Part shown: one piece after another, positions 1 to 12,514 of the stretch
How the letters are laid out: each line of letters begins with the position of its first letter
Position numbering within the stretch: the stretch's first letter is position 1
Assembly: GCA_902625715.1 (NCBI GenBank)
Contig: CACOCP010000002.1
Location: 13,575-77,574, forward strand
DNA length: 64,000 bases
Direction of reading: 5' to 3'
DNA from: an uncultured Pelagibacteraceae bacterium
GTDB lineage: Bacteria; Pseudomonadota; Alphaproteobacteria; Pelagibacterales; Pelagibacteraceae
Notes under the pieces: model-generated
What the model saw: only the letters and a program-made list of their open reading frames with translations
The model's database searches: none
Told to the model about the DNA's origin: nothing
Translations under genes and position numbers: made by a program

Positions 1-574
1 CAAAATACTTAACATTAAGTCCAGCCAACCAAATTATTATTATACCAGTACCTGCAATCAATATTGAAGTTCCAAGATCAGGTTGTTGAATAACTAAGTA
101 ACATGGAATTAATAATAAAATTAGTGGAACTAAAATAAATTTGTAATTTTGTATCTCTGCGGTTTGGATACGATGATAGTATCTTGCAAAACATACTATA
201 ATTGCAATTTTCATTATTTCAGAAGGTTGGAGATTTAAAAAATATAAGTCTAACCATCTTCTAGATCCTGATGCCATCAAACCAAAAAATAAAGTAATTA
301 ATAATAATGAGATACAAAAGACATAAAAGATATATGCATTCTTATACCAAAACGTAATTCTAATAAACGATAGCACCAAAAACATACCAAAAAAAACAAT
401 TAATCTTAATAAGTGATTTTTGGTGTAAAACGAAAATTCTCCACTTTCTGTTGAATAAATTGCAAAAACGCTAATCGCACCAATTAGCATTACAATCAAA
501 ATGAGGAAGTAATCAACTGACTTCAATTTTTCAAAAAATGTATAATTACGTGTATTTAATCTTTCTGTTAACAT
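1..574 (-). CDS. rodA: Rod shape-determining protein RodA (SEDS family), N-terminal part; continues beyond window edge
   Basis: Not in ORF track; manual translation from ATG at 574 (overlaps mrdA stop): MLTERLNTRNY...GSRRWLDLYFLNLQPSEIMK...QQPDLGTSILI, SEDS motifs; follows mrdA. Confidence 0.95.
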   Translation of the reverse strand, partial: MLTERLNTRNYTFFEKLKSVDYFLILIVMLIGAISVFAIYSTESGEFSFYTKNHLLRLIVFFGMFLVLSFIRITFWYKNAYIFYVFCISLLLITLFFGLMASGSRRWLDLYFLNLQPSEIMKIAIIVCFARYYHRIQTAEIQNYKFILVPLILLLIPCYLVIQQPDLGTSILIAGTGIIIIWLAGLNVKYF

Positions 575-2541
575 TATGCTAAACTAGAGCTCCCATTATT
601 AATTTGCTCTCTAAATTTATGACGATCGATAATTTTTTTAATAAGTTTACTTGCAAGAGGTGCTGCAGCGCTACTCCCTGAACCTCCATGTTCTATTAAA
701 ACGCTGATTGCATATCGTGGATTTTTATATGGAGCAAATGCAACGAATAAAGCATGATCTCTATTTTTGTATTCAATTTGAGATTGGTCTAAATCAAGTT
801 TTCTCTCTTCTTCTGTGATTCTTTTAACCTGAGACGTTCCAGTTTTACCTGCAAACTGGTATTTTAAATTGTCGTATCTTGATTTATATGAGGTTCCATA
901 TTGCTCGTTAGTTGAACCAAACATTGCATCTTTTACAAAATTAATGTTTCTTGGATCTTTATATAATCTTTCATAAAGGTTATATTTTCTGTCTACTAAA
1001 TATTTTTCGTCATCTTCATCTGAAAAATTTAAAGGACTTTTAATAAATTGATTTGCAATTCTGAATTTAGCTTTTTCATAATTAATATTTTCGTCTTTAA
1101 TAATATGAGGCTTTATTTTATATCCCCCATTTGCAATTTGTGCTGTCATTAAACACAACTGAAGAGGTGTTGTTTGAATATATCCTTGTCCAATTCCATT
1201 AATTACCGTTTCCCCTAAATACCAACTCTTACCGATTGCATTCTTTTTCCAAAAAGTATTTGGTACAACTCCTCTTTTCTCATCAAAATACGTGTCTTTT
1301 AGTATATTTGATCCAAGGCCATAACGTTTTGCAATAATTGCTAGCCTATCTACCCCAAGCAATCTAGCCATCTCATAAAAATAAATATCACAAGATTGTT
1401 TTATTGCATTTCTAAGTTTCATGTATCCATGACCATTTTTTTTCCAACAATGATATTTTACTCCGTAAAGTTCATAGGGATGCTTATGACCCTTGCAGAG
1501 AATAGGTCTTTCAGGATCAATGGTTCCAAACTCTAAAGCTGCAAGAGCTACTAACGGTTTAAAAGTTGATCCAGGAGAATATAGACCGGCAATTGATTTA
1601 TTTACCAAAGGTTTTAAAGGATCATCTCTTATTTCCCTCCAGTCTTTATGACCAATACCATGTGTAAATTTATTTGGATCATATGTTGGAGAGGATGCCA
1701 TTGCAATTATTTCTCCTGTATAAATATCCATTGCAGAAATTGATCCTGCTTTTCCTTTCAACAACTCTTGAGCTAATTGCTGAACTTCTAAATCGACAGT
1801 AAGTTTGATTTTTTCTCCTTGAGTTTCTTTGATGTGATCAATTTGACTTATCCTTTTACCAGATGAATTAACCTCATACCTTTTAATTCCATATCTTCCA
1901 ATTAACTGATGTTCTTTAGCAAACTCTATTCCTGATTTTCCAACTTTTAAACCTGGAACTAAATTTTCTTTAATAATATCGTCTCGCTCGATATCTTTTT
2001 GACTAGCTGCTCCCACATATCCAACAACATGAACTAAATCATTTTTATACGGGTAAAATCTTGATGAAGAAACTACTGGTTTAACACCTTCAAGTTCGTG
2101 TAAATATAAATTTAATTTAGAAAATTGTGTCCAGGTTAAATTATCAGACGCAACTAAAGTATCCCATGGCTTTAGTCTTTCTTTCTCTCTGTATATTTTT
2201 TTTAATTCATTATTTGATAATTCTAAAATATTTTTAAGTTTAAAAACAATGTCATTAAAATCTTGAATTTGATCTAAATCTAAATGTACTTGAAAAACTC
2301 TGTCATTATCAGCTAAGATATTATTAAAATGATCAGTTATAAAACCTCTTTGAGGTGGCGTTTTCCATTCTCTAATTCTATTTTTATCAGATAATAATTC
2401 ATATTTTTCTCTATCAGAAATTTGGAGACTGTATAACCTTGATGTAATACCTCCCAACAGAATGAGTTTAGCAGCGGCGAGCATAAATACTCTTCTTGTG
2501 ATCAGTCTTCCTTTTTCTACACTGCTAGCTCTATTTTGCAT
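574..2541 (-). CDS. mrdA: Penicillin-binding protein 2
   Basis: N-terminal TM; SxxK (GSTFK), SCD and KTGT motifs; mreBCD-mrdA-rodA context. Confidence 0.97.
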   Translation of the reverse strand: MQNRASSVEKGRLITRRVFMLAAAKLILLGGITSRLYSLQISDREKYELLSDKNRIREWKTPPQRGFITDHFNNILADNDRVFQVHLDLDQIQDFNDIVFKLKNILELSNNELKKIYREKERLKPWDTLVASDNLTWTQFSKLNLYLHELEGVKPVVSSSRFYPYKNDLVHVVGYVGAASQKDIERDDIIKENLVPGLKVGKSGIEFAKEHQLIGRYGIKRYEVNSSGKRISQIDHIKETQGEKIKLTVDLEVQQLAQELLKGKAGSISAMDIYTGEIIAMASSPTYDPNKFTHGIGHKDWREIRDDPLKPLVNKSIAGLYSPGSTFKPLVALAALEFGTIDPERPILCKGHKHPYELYGVKYHCWKKNGHGYMKLRNAIKQSCDIYFYEMARLLGVDRLAIIAKRYGLGSNILKDTYFDEKRGVVPNTFWKKNAIGKSWYLGETVINGIGQGYIQTTPLQLCLMTAQIANGGYKIKPHIIKDENINYEKAKFRIANQFIKSPLNFSDEDDEKYLVDRKYNLYERLYKDPRNINFVKDAMFGSTNEQYGTSYKSRYDNLKYQFAGKTGTSQVKRITEEERKLDLDQSQIEYKNRDHALFVAFAPYKNPRYAISVLIEHGGSGSSAAAPLASKLIKKIIDRHKFREQINNGSSSLA

Positions 2542-3055
2542 TTTCCTGCCTTAAATCAATTATGTAAATTTGGTAAAATAATTTTGAAAGTAAAGGATAA
2601 ACTAAAAATGTTAATACTGAATTAAACATTAAAGCACCATATCTAATTGGAATATCAAATATTAATGTCAAAATACTATAATGTATTGAGCTAACAATTA
2701 AAATTGCAACTACAAAAAATGCCCAATCATACATTAAGCTGGGCACTAATGTTCTTGATCTTATAAATAAAGCTATAGAGCATAATAATAAATAATTAAT
2801 GGATGATACACCAATTGGGAAATTTTGTACCACATCGTTAATTATTCCTGCAAAAAATACCAAGCCATAACCTAATCTTTCAGGTTTTTTTAAAATCCAA
2901 AAAAAAATCAGTATGTAAATAAAATTAAATGAAAAATTAATGTTTAGAAAAAAAAATGATAAATCAAGGCCTGTAAAAGCTATGAAAAATAACAATAGTA
3001 TTGGAAAACTATGAATAAAATTTTTATAGACTTTTTTTGGAAAAGATAATGCCAT
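2531..3055 (-). CDS. mreD: Rod shape-determining protein MreD
   Basis: Hydrophobic 174 aa protein with GIINDV...PIG motif, between mreC and mrdA. Confidence 0.9.
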   Translation of the reverse strand: MALSFPKKVYKNFIHSFPILLLFFIAFTGLDLSFFFLNINFSFNFIYILIFFWILKKPERLGYGLVFFAGIINDVVQNFPIGVSSINYLLLCSIALFIRSRTLVPSLMYDWAFFVVAILIVSSIHYSILTLIFDIPIRYGALMFNSVLTFLVYPLLSKLFYQIYIIDLRQENAK

Positions 3056-3056
3056 A

Positions 3057-3893
3057 TTAGTTGTTGACCCTAATTAGCTTAAGCTGATTATAGTTAACAA
3101 AAAATTCTACATACTTAACTTCATCGTTAATTATGACTTTTCCAACTGGTATTGCCGGAGAAATTATACCATCTATACCAGAGGTATAAACAATTGCTCC
3201 CTCTTCAATTTCATTTAATTTTGGTAAAAATTCTAAATCAGCATAAAGATTATTTCCATTGCCAGATAAAATTGCATTTATACCATTGGGTTCAATGATT
3301 ACAGGAATTTTACTATTTAAATCTGTTGCAAGAAGAATTCGAGAAGTTAGTAAATTAACATTTATAATTTTACCGACGTAATACGACTGGTCCTTAACAG
3401 CTACTCCTAATTTTATTCCATGTTTGTATCCTTTGTTAATAATCATTGATTTTAAAAAAGGACTTTGCTGATCAAGTAATACTTTAGCAATTAAATAGTT
3501 TTCAGATGCAATTTCTCTTTCATCTATTAATTTTTTAAGTCGAATATTTTCAGACTTATAAAAATCAATTTCATTTTTTATTTTTTCAATATTGTAATTT
3601 TTTTCTCTTAAAACTGTAAATTCTTCATACATATTAAGATGATCTTGAAATAAGAAGTATTGGTCTTTTGCATAAACAAAGGGTGCTGAAACAAAAAAAG
3701 ATCCCTTAAATATTAGGTCTTTAGTTATTGATCTTAATTTGCTAATTGGTCCTGATTTAAAATACTCTAGTGATAAAACTAATATTGAAATTATTAATAG
3801 GGTAAGTAATGAAAAATTTTGACGGGTGCCTTTTTTAAGAAAAGCTGAACGAATAGCAATTATAAAATCATCTCTACCCGAATCTGCAGCCAT
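3057..3893 (-). CDS. mreC: Rod shape-determining protein MreC
   Basis: TM plus coiled coil (ENIRLKKL), TSGIDG..P..IPVG motif. Confidence 0.95.
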   Translation of the reverse strand: MAADSGRDDFIIAIRSAFLKKGTRQNFSLLTLLIISILVLSLEYFKSGPISKLRSITKDLIFKGSFFVSAPFVYAKDQYFLFQDHLNMYEEFTVLREKNYNIEKIKNEIDFYKSENIRLKKLIDEREIASENYLIAKVLLDQQSPFLKSMIINKGYKHGIKLGVAVKDQSYYVGKIINVNLLTSRILLATDLNSKIPVIIEPNGINAILSGNGNNLYADLEFLPKLNEIEEGAIVYTSGIDGIISPAIPVGKVIINDEVKYVEFFVNYNQLKLIRVNN

Positions 3894-3899
3894 AATTTT

Positions 3900-4931
<1,032 letters not shown>

Positions 4932-6509
4932 TTAAACTCCTCCTTTTACTTTTTGGTGTTCTATATTCTCTGAGAGAGATTTTTTTTCTCTCTTGATAAG
5001 CATTTTATTTAAAGCGTTTAGATAAGCTCTAGCTGAAGCGACTAAAGTATCTGTATCAGCAGACTGACCAACGGTTGTTCTGTCATTTTCTTCAATTTTG
5101 ACGCTTACGGTTGCTTGTGCGTCAGTGCCCTCAGTAACTGCGTGAACCTGGTACAGCAACAATTTTACATCATGATTATATAATTCTTTTATACATTTAA
5201 AAGTCGCATCGACAGGTCCATCTCCTGTTTGAACAGTATGTTTAATGTCTCCAAAAACATCTAATGTCATTTCTGCTTTTTGAGGTTCGCCTGTTCCAGC
5301 ATAAACTTTAAGTGATTTTAAATTAATTGCATTAATTTTATTATCAACTATTAAGCTATCATCAACTAGCGCAATTATATCTTCATCATAAATATGTTTT
5401 TTCTTATCAGCTAATACTTTAAATTTACCAAATGCTTCTTGAATAACATCATCTGTTACATCTGTGTAACCTAGGTCATTTAATTTATCTTTAAATGCAT
5501 GTCTTCCTGAATGTTTACCCATAACCAGAGAAGTTTGTTTAACCCCTACACTTTCGGGAGACATAATCTCGTAAGTTTCTCTGTTCTTTAACATTCCATC
5601 TTGATGAATTCCAGACTCGTGTGCAAACGCATTTTTACCTACAATTGCTTTATTAAATTGAACAGGAAAACCAGTTGCATTAGAAACCATTTTAGATGCT
5701 TTGCTAATTAATTCGGTTTTTATACCTGTATCATATGGCATCAGATCATTTCTTGTTTTGATTGCCATTACAATTTCTTCAAGAGCTGCATTACCTGCTC
5801 TTTCTCCAATTCCATTTATCGTACATTCAATTTGTCTTACACCTGCGGATAATCCAGCTAGAGCATTTGCAACAGCTAGCCCCAAATCATTATGACAATG
5901 TGCAGAAATTATTGCCTTATCAATATTTGGTACATTGTTTTTTATATGTGTAATTGTTTTAGCAAATTCTTCTGGGATAGAATAACCTACTGTATCAGGA
6001 ATATTAATAGTCTTTGCTCCGCAATTGATAGCAAGTTCAATTGTTTTACACATAAAGTCTAATGTTGTTCTGGTTCCATCCTCACAAGACCACTCAACAT
6101 CATCAGTAAATTTTTTAGCATAAGTTACACTTTCTTTAACTGCATCTACAACTTGTTCATCAGACATATTCAGTTTGTGTTTCATATGAACAGGACTAGT
6201 TGAGATAAAAGTATGAATTCTGAATCTCTTAGCGTGCTTTAAAGACTCGTAGCATGCATCAATATCTTTTTTTTTGGCTCTTGCTAAACCGCAAGGAATA
6301 GAATTTTTTAGACCTTTGCTTATTGCAGATACAGCCTCAAAATCCCCTGGAGAAGTAATGGGAAATCCAGCTTCAATGATGTCAATTCCCATGTCATCAA
6401 ATACTCTTGATATTTGGATTTTTTCTTCAACACTCATTGATGCTCCTGGCGATTGTTCACCATCTCGCATAGTAGTATCAAATATATAAATTTTATCTTT
6501 ATCAGCCAT
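4932..6509 (-). CDS. leuA: 2-isopropylmalate synthase
   Basis: FDTTMRDGEQ, HCHNDLG, GERAGN motifs; start placed at MADKDK (6509), in-frame ATG at 6539 is an alternative. Confidence 0.97.
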   Translation of the reverse strand: MADKDKIYIFDTTMRDGEQSPGASMSVEEKIQISRVFDDMGIDIIEAGFPITSPGDFEAVSAISKGLKNSIPCGLARAKKKDIDACYESLKHAKRFRIHTFISTSPVHMKHKLNMSDEQVVDAVKESVTYAKKFTDDVEWSCEDGTRTTLDFMCKTIELAINCGAKTINIPDTVGYSIPEEFAKTITHIKNNVPNIDKAIISAHCHNDLGLAVANALAGLSAGVRQIECTINGIGERAGNAALEEIVMAIKTRNDLMPYDTGIKTELISKASKMVSNATGFPVQFNKAIVGKNAFAHESGIHQDGMLKNRETYEIMSPESVGVKQTSLVMGKHSGRHAFKDKLNDLGYTDVTDDVIQEAFGKFKVLADKKKHIYDEDIIALVDDSLIVDNKINAINLKSLKVYAGTGEPQKAEMTLDVFGDIKHTVQTGDGPVDATFKCIKELYNHDVKLLLYQVHAVTEGTDAQATVSVKIEENDRTTVGQSADTDTLVASARAYLNALNKMLIKREKKSLSENIEHQKVKGGV

Positions 6510-6602
6510 AAAATGTAATTTATTACCGATGAGCATCATACATGCTCTCGTTCAGATTGCAAAATAAATTAGGTTTTAAGAACCAAATTTATCAGTTTGA
6601 CT

Positions 6603-7640
<1,038 letters not shown>

Positions 7641-8189
7641 TTATTTAAATACTTTTTCACCTCTAGTCATAGCGACTGCTCCAGTTCTCGATACACTTAC
7701 CAGACCAAACTTTCTTAAATTTTTTGCCATTGTATCTATTTCTCTTCTAAGTGCTGTTATTTGAACAACTTTAGATTTATTTGTGCTATCCAATATTACA
7801 GCATTATACTTTTTACAAGCTTTAATGGCTTTATCGATTTTCCCGTTATTTCCAACAAGTTTAAATAATGCCATTTCTTTAAAAATCACATTTTTATCTT
7901 CACGTTTAAAGTCAGCAACTTTATGAACTGGAACTAATTTTTTTAACTGTAGTTTAATTTGGTCAATTACTTGGGGTGTTCCTGTTGTAACGATTGTTAT
8001 TCTTGAAATATTTAATTTTGGATCAATTTCTGCAACTGCCAAAGATTCGATATTATACCCTCTTCCAGAAAAAAGACCTACAACCCTTGCTAAAACACCA
8101 GCCTCATTATCAACCCATACTACAATAATATGAGTGTCTAATTTCTCTTTCTTACCAGCAAAGCTGTATGCAGATTTTGATTTTGGCAT
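7641..8189 (-). CDS. ilvH: Acetolactate synthase small (regulatory) subunit
   Basis: ACT domain DNEAGVLARVVGLFSGRGYNIESL. Confidence 0.97.
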   Translation of the reverse strand: MPKSKSAYSFAGKKEKLDTHIIVVWVDNEAGVLARVVGLFSGRGYNIESLAVAEIDPKLNISRITIVTTGTPQVIDQIKLQLKKLVPVHKVADFKREDKNVIFKEMALFKLVGNNGKIDKAIKACKKYNAVILDSTNKSKVVQITALRREIDTMAKNLRKFGLVSVSRTGAVAMTRGEKVFK

Positions 8190-9955
8190 TAAACGAGTGT
8201 TCTTCCTTTGCCTGTAATTTTATTCTGTTCCTTATCTTTTGGACCTAATATCATTTGGTTGTGCGGTTTGCCTGATGGTATCATTGGAAAGCAGTTCTCT
8301 TGCTTATCAACTAAACAGTCAAAAATAACAGGTCTATCAGTATTTAACATTTCTATGATTTTATCGTCTAATTCTTCAGGTGTTTTGGCTCTTATACCAA
8401 CACATCCATAAGCCTCCGCCATTTGAACAAAGTCTGGAAGCGCAGCTGTGTAACTTTCAGAATAATTTTTATCATGAAGTAATTCTTGCCATTGTCGAAC
8501 CATTCCCATGTATTCATTGTTCAAAATAAATATTTTTATTGGCAAACTATATTGCACAGCAGTAGACATTTCTTGCATCGTCATTAATACAGATGCCTCT
8601 CCTGCAATATCAATTACTAACTTTTGTGGATGTGCAATTTGAACTCCAACAGCTGCGGGCAAACCATATCCCATGGTTCCCAACCCTCCAGATGTCATCC
8701 ATCTATTTGGTTTGTTAAATTTATAGTGTTGTGCAGCCCACATTTGATGTTGTCCAACTTCAGTAGTTATGAAAGTGTCTTTGTCTTTTGTAAGCTCATA
8801 CAATCTTTCTATTGCATACTGAGGTTTAATCGTCTCTTCACTCCCAATGTAGTCTAAAGATCTTTTTGATCTCCATTTTTGAATTTTTTCCCACCACTTA
8901 GATGTTTTTTGTTTATTAGACTTTATAAAATTTGGTTTTGATTTCTTTAAAGTTTTTAAAGTTGATGTAATTACTGATTTAACATCTCCCACAATTGCAA
9001 GATCTACTTTAACATTTTTATTAATCGATGATGGATCTATGTCGATATGAACTTTTTTAGATTTTGGAGAAAACTCATCTATTTTTCCTGTGATCCTATC
9101 ATCAAACCTTGCTCCAATATTGATCATTAAATCACATTCATACATTGCATTATTTGCTTCATACGTTCCGTGCATTCCTAACATTCCTAAAAATTGATTG
9201 TCATCTCCTGGGAAAGATCCTAATCCTTGCAATGTTGTAGTTATTGGAAATCCTGTTGTATAAACTAATTCTCTTAGTAATTCACTGGCCTTAGGACCTG
9301 AATTAATAACACCCCCACCTGTATAAAAAATTGGTTTTGTTGCTTTGCTCATTAAATTAATTAATTCATTTATACTTTCTTGAGAAAAATTATTATGACT
9401 TGCACCGTTTAATTTATTTTTCCTTTTTAATTTTTTGTAAGACGCTTTTTGAAATTGAATATCTTTAGGAATATCAACAAGTACTGGGCCTGGTCTACCC
9501 GTTGTTGCAACTTCAAATGCTTTATGCATTATTTCTGCTAAATCATTTATATCTTTAACTAACCAATTATGTTTTGTGCAAGGTCTTGTAATTCCTGTTG
9601 TATCACATTCTTGAAATGCATCTGTGCCAATTAAGTGTGTTGGTACTTGTCCGGAGATACAAACTAAAGGTACACTATCCATATAAGCATCTGTTAGAGC
9701 TGTGACTACATTTGTTGCGCCTGGTCCTGATGTAACAAGAACGACACCTGGCTTTCCAGTTGATCTTGCATAACCTTCTGCAGCATGACCTGCTCCTTGT
9801 TCGTGTCTAACTAAAATATGTTTTACAGAATTATGATTTTTTAATTCATCATATATCGGAAGAACTGCACCACCTGGATAACCAAAAATATGAGATACAC
9901 CTTGATCCTCAAGACATTTAAATACGATCTCAGCTCCAGAAAATAATTTTGGCAT
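8189..9955 (-). CDS. ilvI: Acetolactate synthase large subunit
   Basis: FGYPGGA, RHEQ, TSGPGATN, RFDDR, GMVRQWQ. Confidence 0.97.
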   Translation of the reverse strand: MPKLFSGAEIVFKCLEDQGVSHIFGYPGGAVLPIYDELKNHNSVKHILVRHEQGAGHAAEGYARSTGKPGVVLVTSGPGATNVVTALTDAYMDSVPLVCISGQVPTHLIGTDAFQECDTTGITRPCTKHNWLVKDINDLAEIMHKAFEVATTGRPGPVLVDIPKDIQFQKASYKKLKRKNKLNGASHNNFSQESINELINLMSKATKPIFYTGGGVINSGPKASELLRELVYTTGFPITTTLQGLGSFPGDDNQFLGMLGMHGTYEANNAMYECDLMINIGARFDDRITGKIDEFSPKSKKVHIDIDPSSINKNVKVDLAIVGDVKSVITSTLKTLKKSKPNFIKSNKQKTSKWWEKIQKWRSKRSLDYIGSEETIKPQYAIERLYELTKDKDTFITTEVGQHQMWAAQHYKFNKPNRWMTSGGLGTMGYGLPAAVGVQIAHPQKLVIDIAGEASVLMTMQEMSTAVQYSLPIKIFILNNEYMGMVRQWQELLHDKNYSESYTAALPDFVQMAEAYGCVGIRAKTPEELDDKIIEMLNTDRPVIFDCLVDKQENCFPMIPSGKPHNQMILGPKDKEQNKITGKGRTLV

Positions 9956-9961
9956 TCAGCC

Positions 9962-9991
9962 AATCTAGCTGAAGTTGTACTTAAAGGTCAA
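9962..9991 (-). promoter_or_regulatory. Putative sigma70 promoter of ilvIHC (probably leaderless)
   Basis: TTGACC-N18-TAGATT, 6 nt before ATG at 9955; no SD. Confidence 0.55.
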
Positions 9992-10008
9992 GTTTAAGAG
10001 TGTTCAAA

Positions 10009-10917
10009 TTAGATTTTTTTCAAAAATTTTTTTAAGTCCATAAAGTTAATTTTATTCCAGCTTGACATCTGACCTCTTGCCCAAGTGCTTTGTCTTTTAG
10101 CGTATTGTCTAGTTTTTATACTAATTTTTTCATGAACTTCTTTAAGATCTAATTTATTTTTCAAATGATCTTTGATCTCGGCAATACCAATTACCTTATT
10201 TGAGCTATTATCTTTCTTAATTTTAAGTTTTATAAATCTTTTAACCTCATTAATTGCTCCTTCTTTTAACATTTGAGCTGATCTAGAAGCTATTCTCTCA
10301 ATTAGTTTGGGTCTTGGATAATCGATATAAATTTTAAAAAATACATCATTTTGAAACTTGGATTTTGTATTTTTAAACCAATCATATAAAGATTTTTTTG
10401 TATGATACTTTACTTCGTATGCTCTGATTGATCTGTGAGAGTCAGTTTCAATTATTTTGCCTTTAATATAAGGGTCTAGTTTTAAAAGTTTTGCATAAAA
10501 TTTTTTTTGTCCAAGTCTTTTTTGTAAATTTCTTATCTTATTTCTAATTTTTAAAGGTATGTTTGGAATTTTAACTAACCCATCAGTAAGTGCTTTAAAA
10601 TAAAGACCTGTTCCACCTACAAGAATGGGAATTTTATTTCTTGATTGAATTTCTTTTATTTTTTTTTGACAAAGCTTCAACCACTCCCCTGTTGAAAAAT
10701 TTTTTGTAACATTTAAAAATCCATATAAGTGATGTTTAATTTTTTGATAATCTTTTTGTTTAGGTCTTGCAGTTAAAATCCGAAGTTCTTTATATACCTG
10801 CATACTATCTGCATTAATAATTTCTCCATTTATTTTCTTAGCAAGGCTAATTGCAAAATTTGATTTACCTGATGCGGTGGGTCCTGAGATTAAAATGATT
10901 TTGGACTTAAGGTCCAT
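10009..10917 (-). CDS. miaA: tRNA dimethylallyltransferase
   Basis: GPTASGKS, NADSMQVY, VGGTGLY, TRQYAKRQ. Confidence 0.98.
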   Translation of the reverse strand: MDLKSKIILISGPTASGKSNFAISLAKKINGEIINADSMQVYKELRILTARPKQKDYQKIKHHLYGFLNVTKNFSTGEWLKLCQKKIKEIQSRNKIPILVGGTGLYFKALTDGLVKIPNIPLKIRNKIRNLQKRLGQKKFYAKLLKLDPYIKGKIIETDSHRSIRAYEVKYHTKKSLYDWFKNTKSKFQNDVFFKIYIDYPRPKLIERIASRSAQMLKEGAINEVKRFIKLKIKKDNSSNKVIGIAEIKDHLKNKLDLKEVHEKISIKTRQYAKRQSTWARGQMSSWNKINFMDLKKFLKKI

Positions 10918-12323
10918 TAATCTAATTTAACACCAATATATCTTCTTTGATTTTGGTTATTATAAATTGCAATTAACAAAGTTTTTTCCGAACTTCTTTT
11001 TGTAATTTTTACAATATTTTCTAAGTCACCAATGGTGTTAATTTTTTTCTTTTGTGCTTCAACAATTATATTGCCAGTTTCCAAATAATTTACTGGGCTA
11101 TCTTGTGCAATTTTAGTTATCACCACTCCTGTAACATCCTTTGATAATTTTCTCTCCTCTAAATCTTTTTTATCAACCAATCTTACAGTTATTTTTAATC
11201 CTTCAATATCAACTTCTTTTGGTTTTTCTGTTATTATTGTTTTTTGCTTAAAGTCCTCTGAAGTTTCTAATCTTCCAAGAATAATATTTTTGGTAATTTC
11301 TCTTTTATTTCTCCAAACTTTAACAGTTACTTTTTTTCCAACATCAGTTTGAGCAACTATTTTTGGAAGCTCAACCATTTCTTTAATTGGTTTTCCATCA
11401 AACTCTAAAATAATATCTCCAGCTTTAATTCCACCTTTGTCAGACGGGCTTCCATCTGCAACACTTGCAACTAAAGCACCTCTTGGTTTATCTAATTTTT
11501 CAACTTCAGCAATTTCTTTTGTAACAGTTTGAATTCTAACACCTAACCATCCTCTTTTTGTTTCACCAAATTCTATTAATTGTTTAATTACTCTGTCTGC
11601 ACTATTTGAAGGAATTGCAAATCCAATTCCAATAGATCCGGACTGACCTAAAATTGCTGTATTAATTCCAATTACATCTCCATTCATATTAAATAAGGGT
11701 CCGCCAGAATTTCCTTGATTGATAGAGGCGTCTGTTTGAATAAAATCTTCGTATCTTGATAACCCAATTGATCTATTTCTTGCTGAAATAATTCCTGCAG
11801 TAACCGTTCCACCTAAACCAAACGGATTTCCAATTGCAATTACCCAATCTCCAATTCTTGATTTATCAGAGTCGCCAAATTTAACTGGTACAAATTTTTC
11901 ATCACCTTCAATTTTTAAAACGGCAATATCCATCCCGGGATCTGCACCTAAAATTTTTGCTTTAAACTCTTGGTCTCCTTTTACTCTTACAAAAACATCT
12001 TCTGCACCCTGAATTACGTGGTTATTAGTTATTACTATTCCATCCTCACTAATTATAAATCCTGATCCTAATGCACTTGTTTTTCTCTCTTGAGGGGTTC
12101 CAAAATCTTTAAACATATCCTCAAATGGTGATCCTGGGGGAAATTGGAACGGGAAAGGATTTGATCTTGTTGTAATTGTTGTTGTTGTTGAGATATTCAC
12201 AACTGATGGCATTAATCTTTCTGCTAAATCAGCAAATGAAGCGGGTATATCCTTTGCACTTGATAGGGTTGAAAAATTAAGACAAAAGATAAGAAGAACT
12301 AATGACTGTAAATATTTTTTCAT
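10917..12323 (-). CDS. degP: Do/DegP-family periplasmic serine protease with two PDZ domains
   Basis: Signal peptide, TNNHV, GNSGGPL; start MKKYL at 12323 overlaps upstream stop (ATGA). Confidence 0.93.
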   Translation of the reverse strand: MKKYLQSLVLLIFCLNFSTLSSAKDIPASFADLAERLMPSVVNISTTTTITTRSNPFPFQFPPGSPFEDMFKDFGTPQERKTSALGSGFIISEDGIVITNNHVIQGAEDVFVRVKGDQEFKAKILGADPGMDIAVLKIEGDEKFVPVKFGDSDKSRIGDWVIAIGNPFGLGGTVTAGIISARNRSIGLSRYEDFIQTDASINQGNSGGPLFNMNGDVIGINTAILGQSGSIGIGFAIPSNSADRVIKQLIEFGETKRGWLGVRIQTVTKEIAEVEKLDKPRGALVASVADGSPSDKGGIKAGDIILEFDGKPIKEMVELPKIVAQTDVGKKVTVKVWRNKREITKNIILGRLETSEDFKQKTIITEKPKEVDIEGLKITVRLVDKKDLEERKLSKDVTGVVITKIAQDSPVNYLETGNIIVEAQKKKINTIGDLENIVKITKRSSEKTLLIAIYNNQNQRRYIGVKLD

Positions 12324-12505
12324 GACTTTAAGTACCAAATAATTAAAAACCCTATAACTGCAAATACCAATCCACCAGTACGAAGTTGACTGTCATTTAC
12401 TTCATTTAATTTTGACAGCATATTTTTCATTTTTGATGGAAATAAGGCATATAAAATTCCTTCAACGAACAAGAAAAGACCAAATGCAATGATCAATTCC
12501 TTCAT
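12320..12505 (-). CDS. DUF2065/YjeT-like small membrane protein
   Basis: EGILYALFP...LRTGGL pattern; usual position after hflC. Confidence 0.85.
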   Translation of the reverse strand: MKELIIAFGLFLFVEGILYALFPSKMKNMLSKLNEVNDSQLRTGGLVFAVIGFLIIWYLKS

Positions 12506-12514
12506 AGGATTAGG

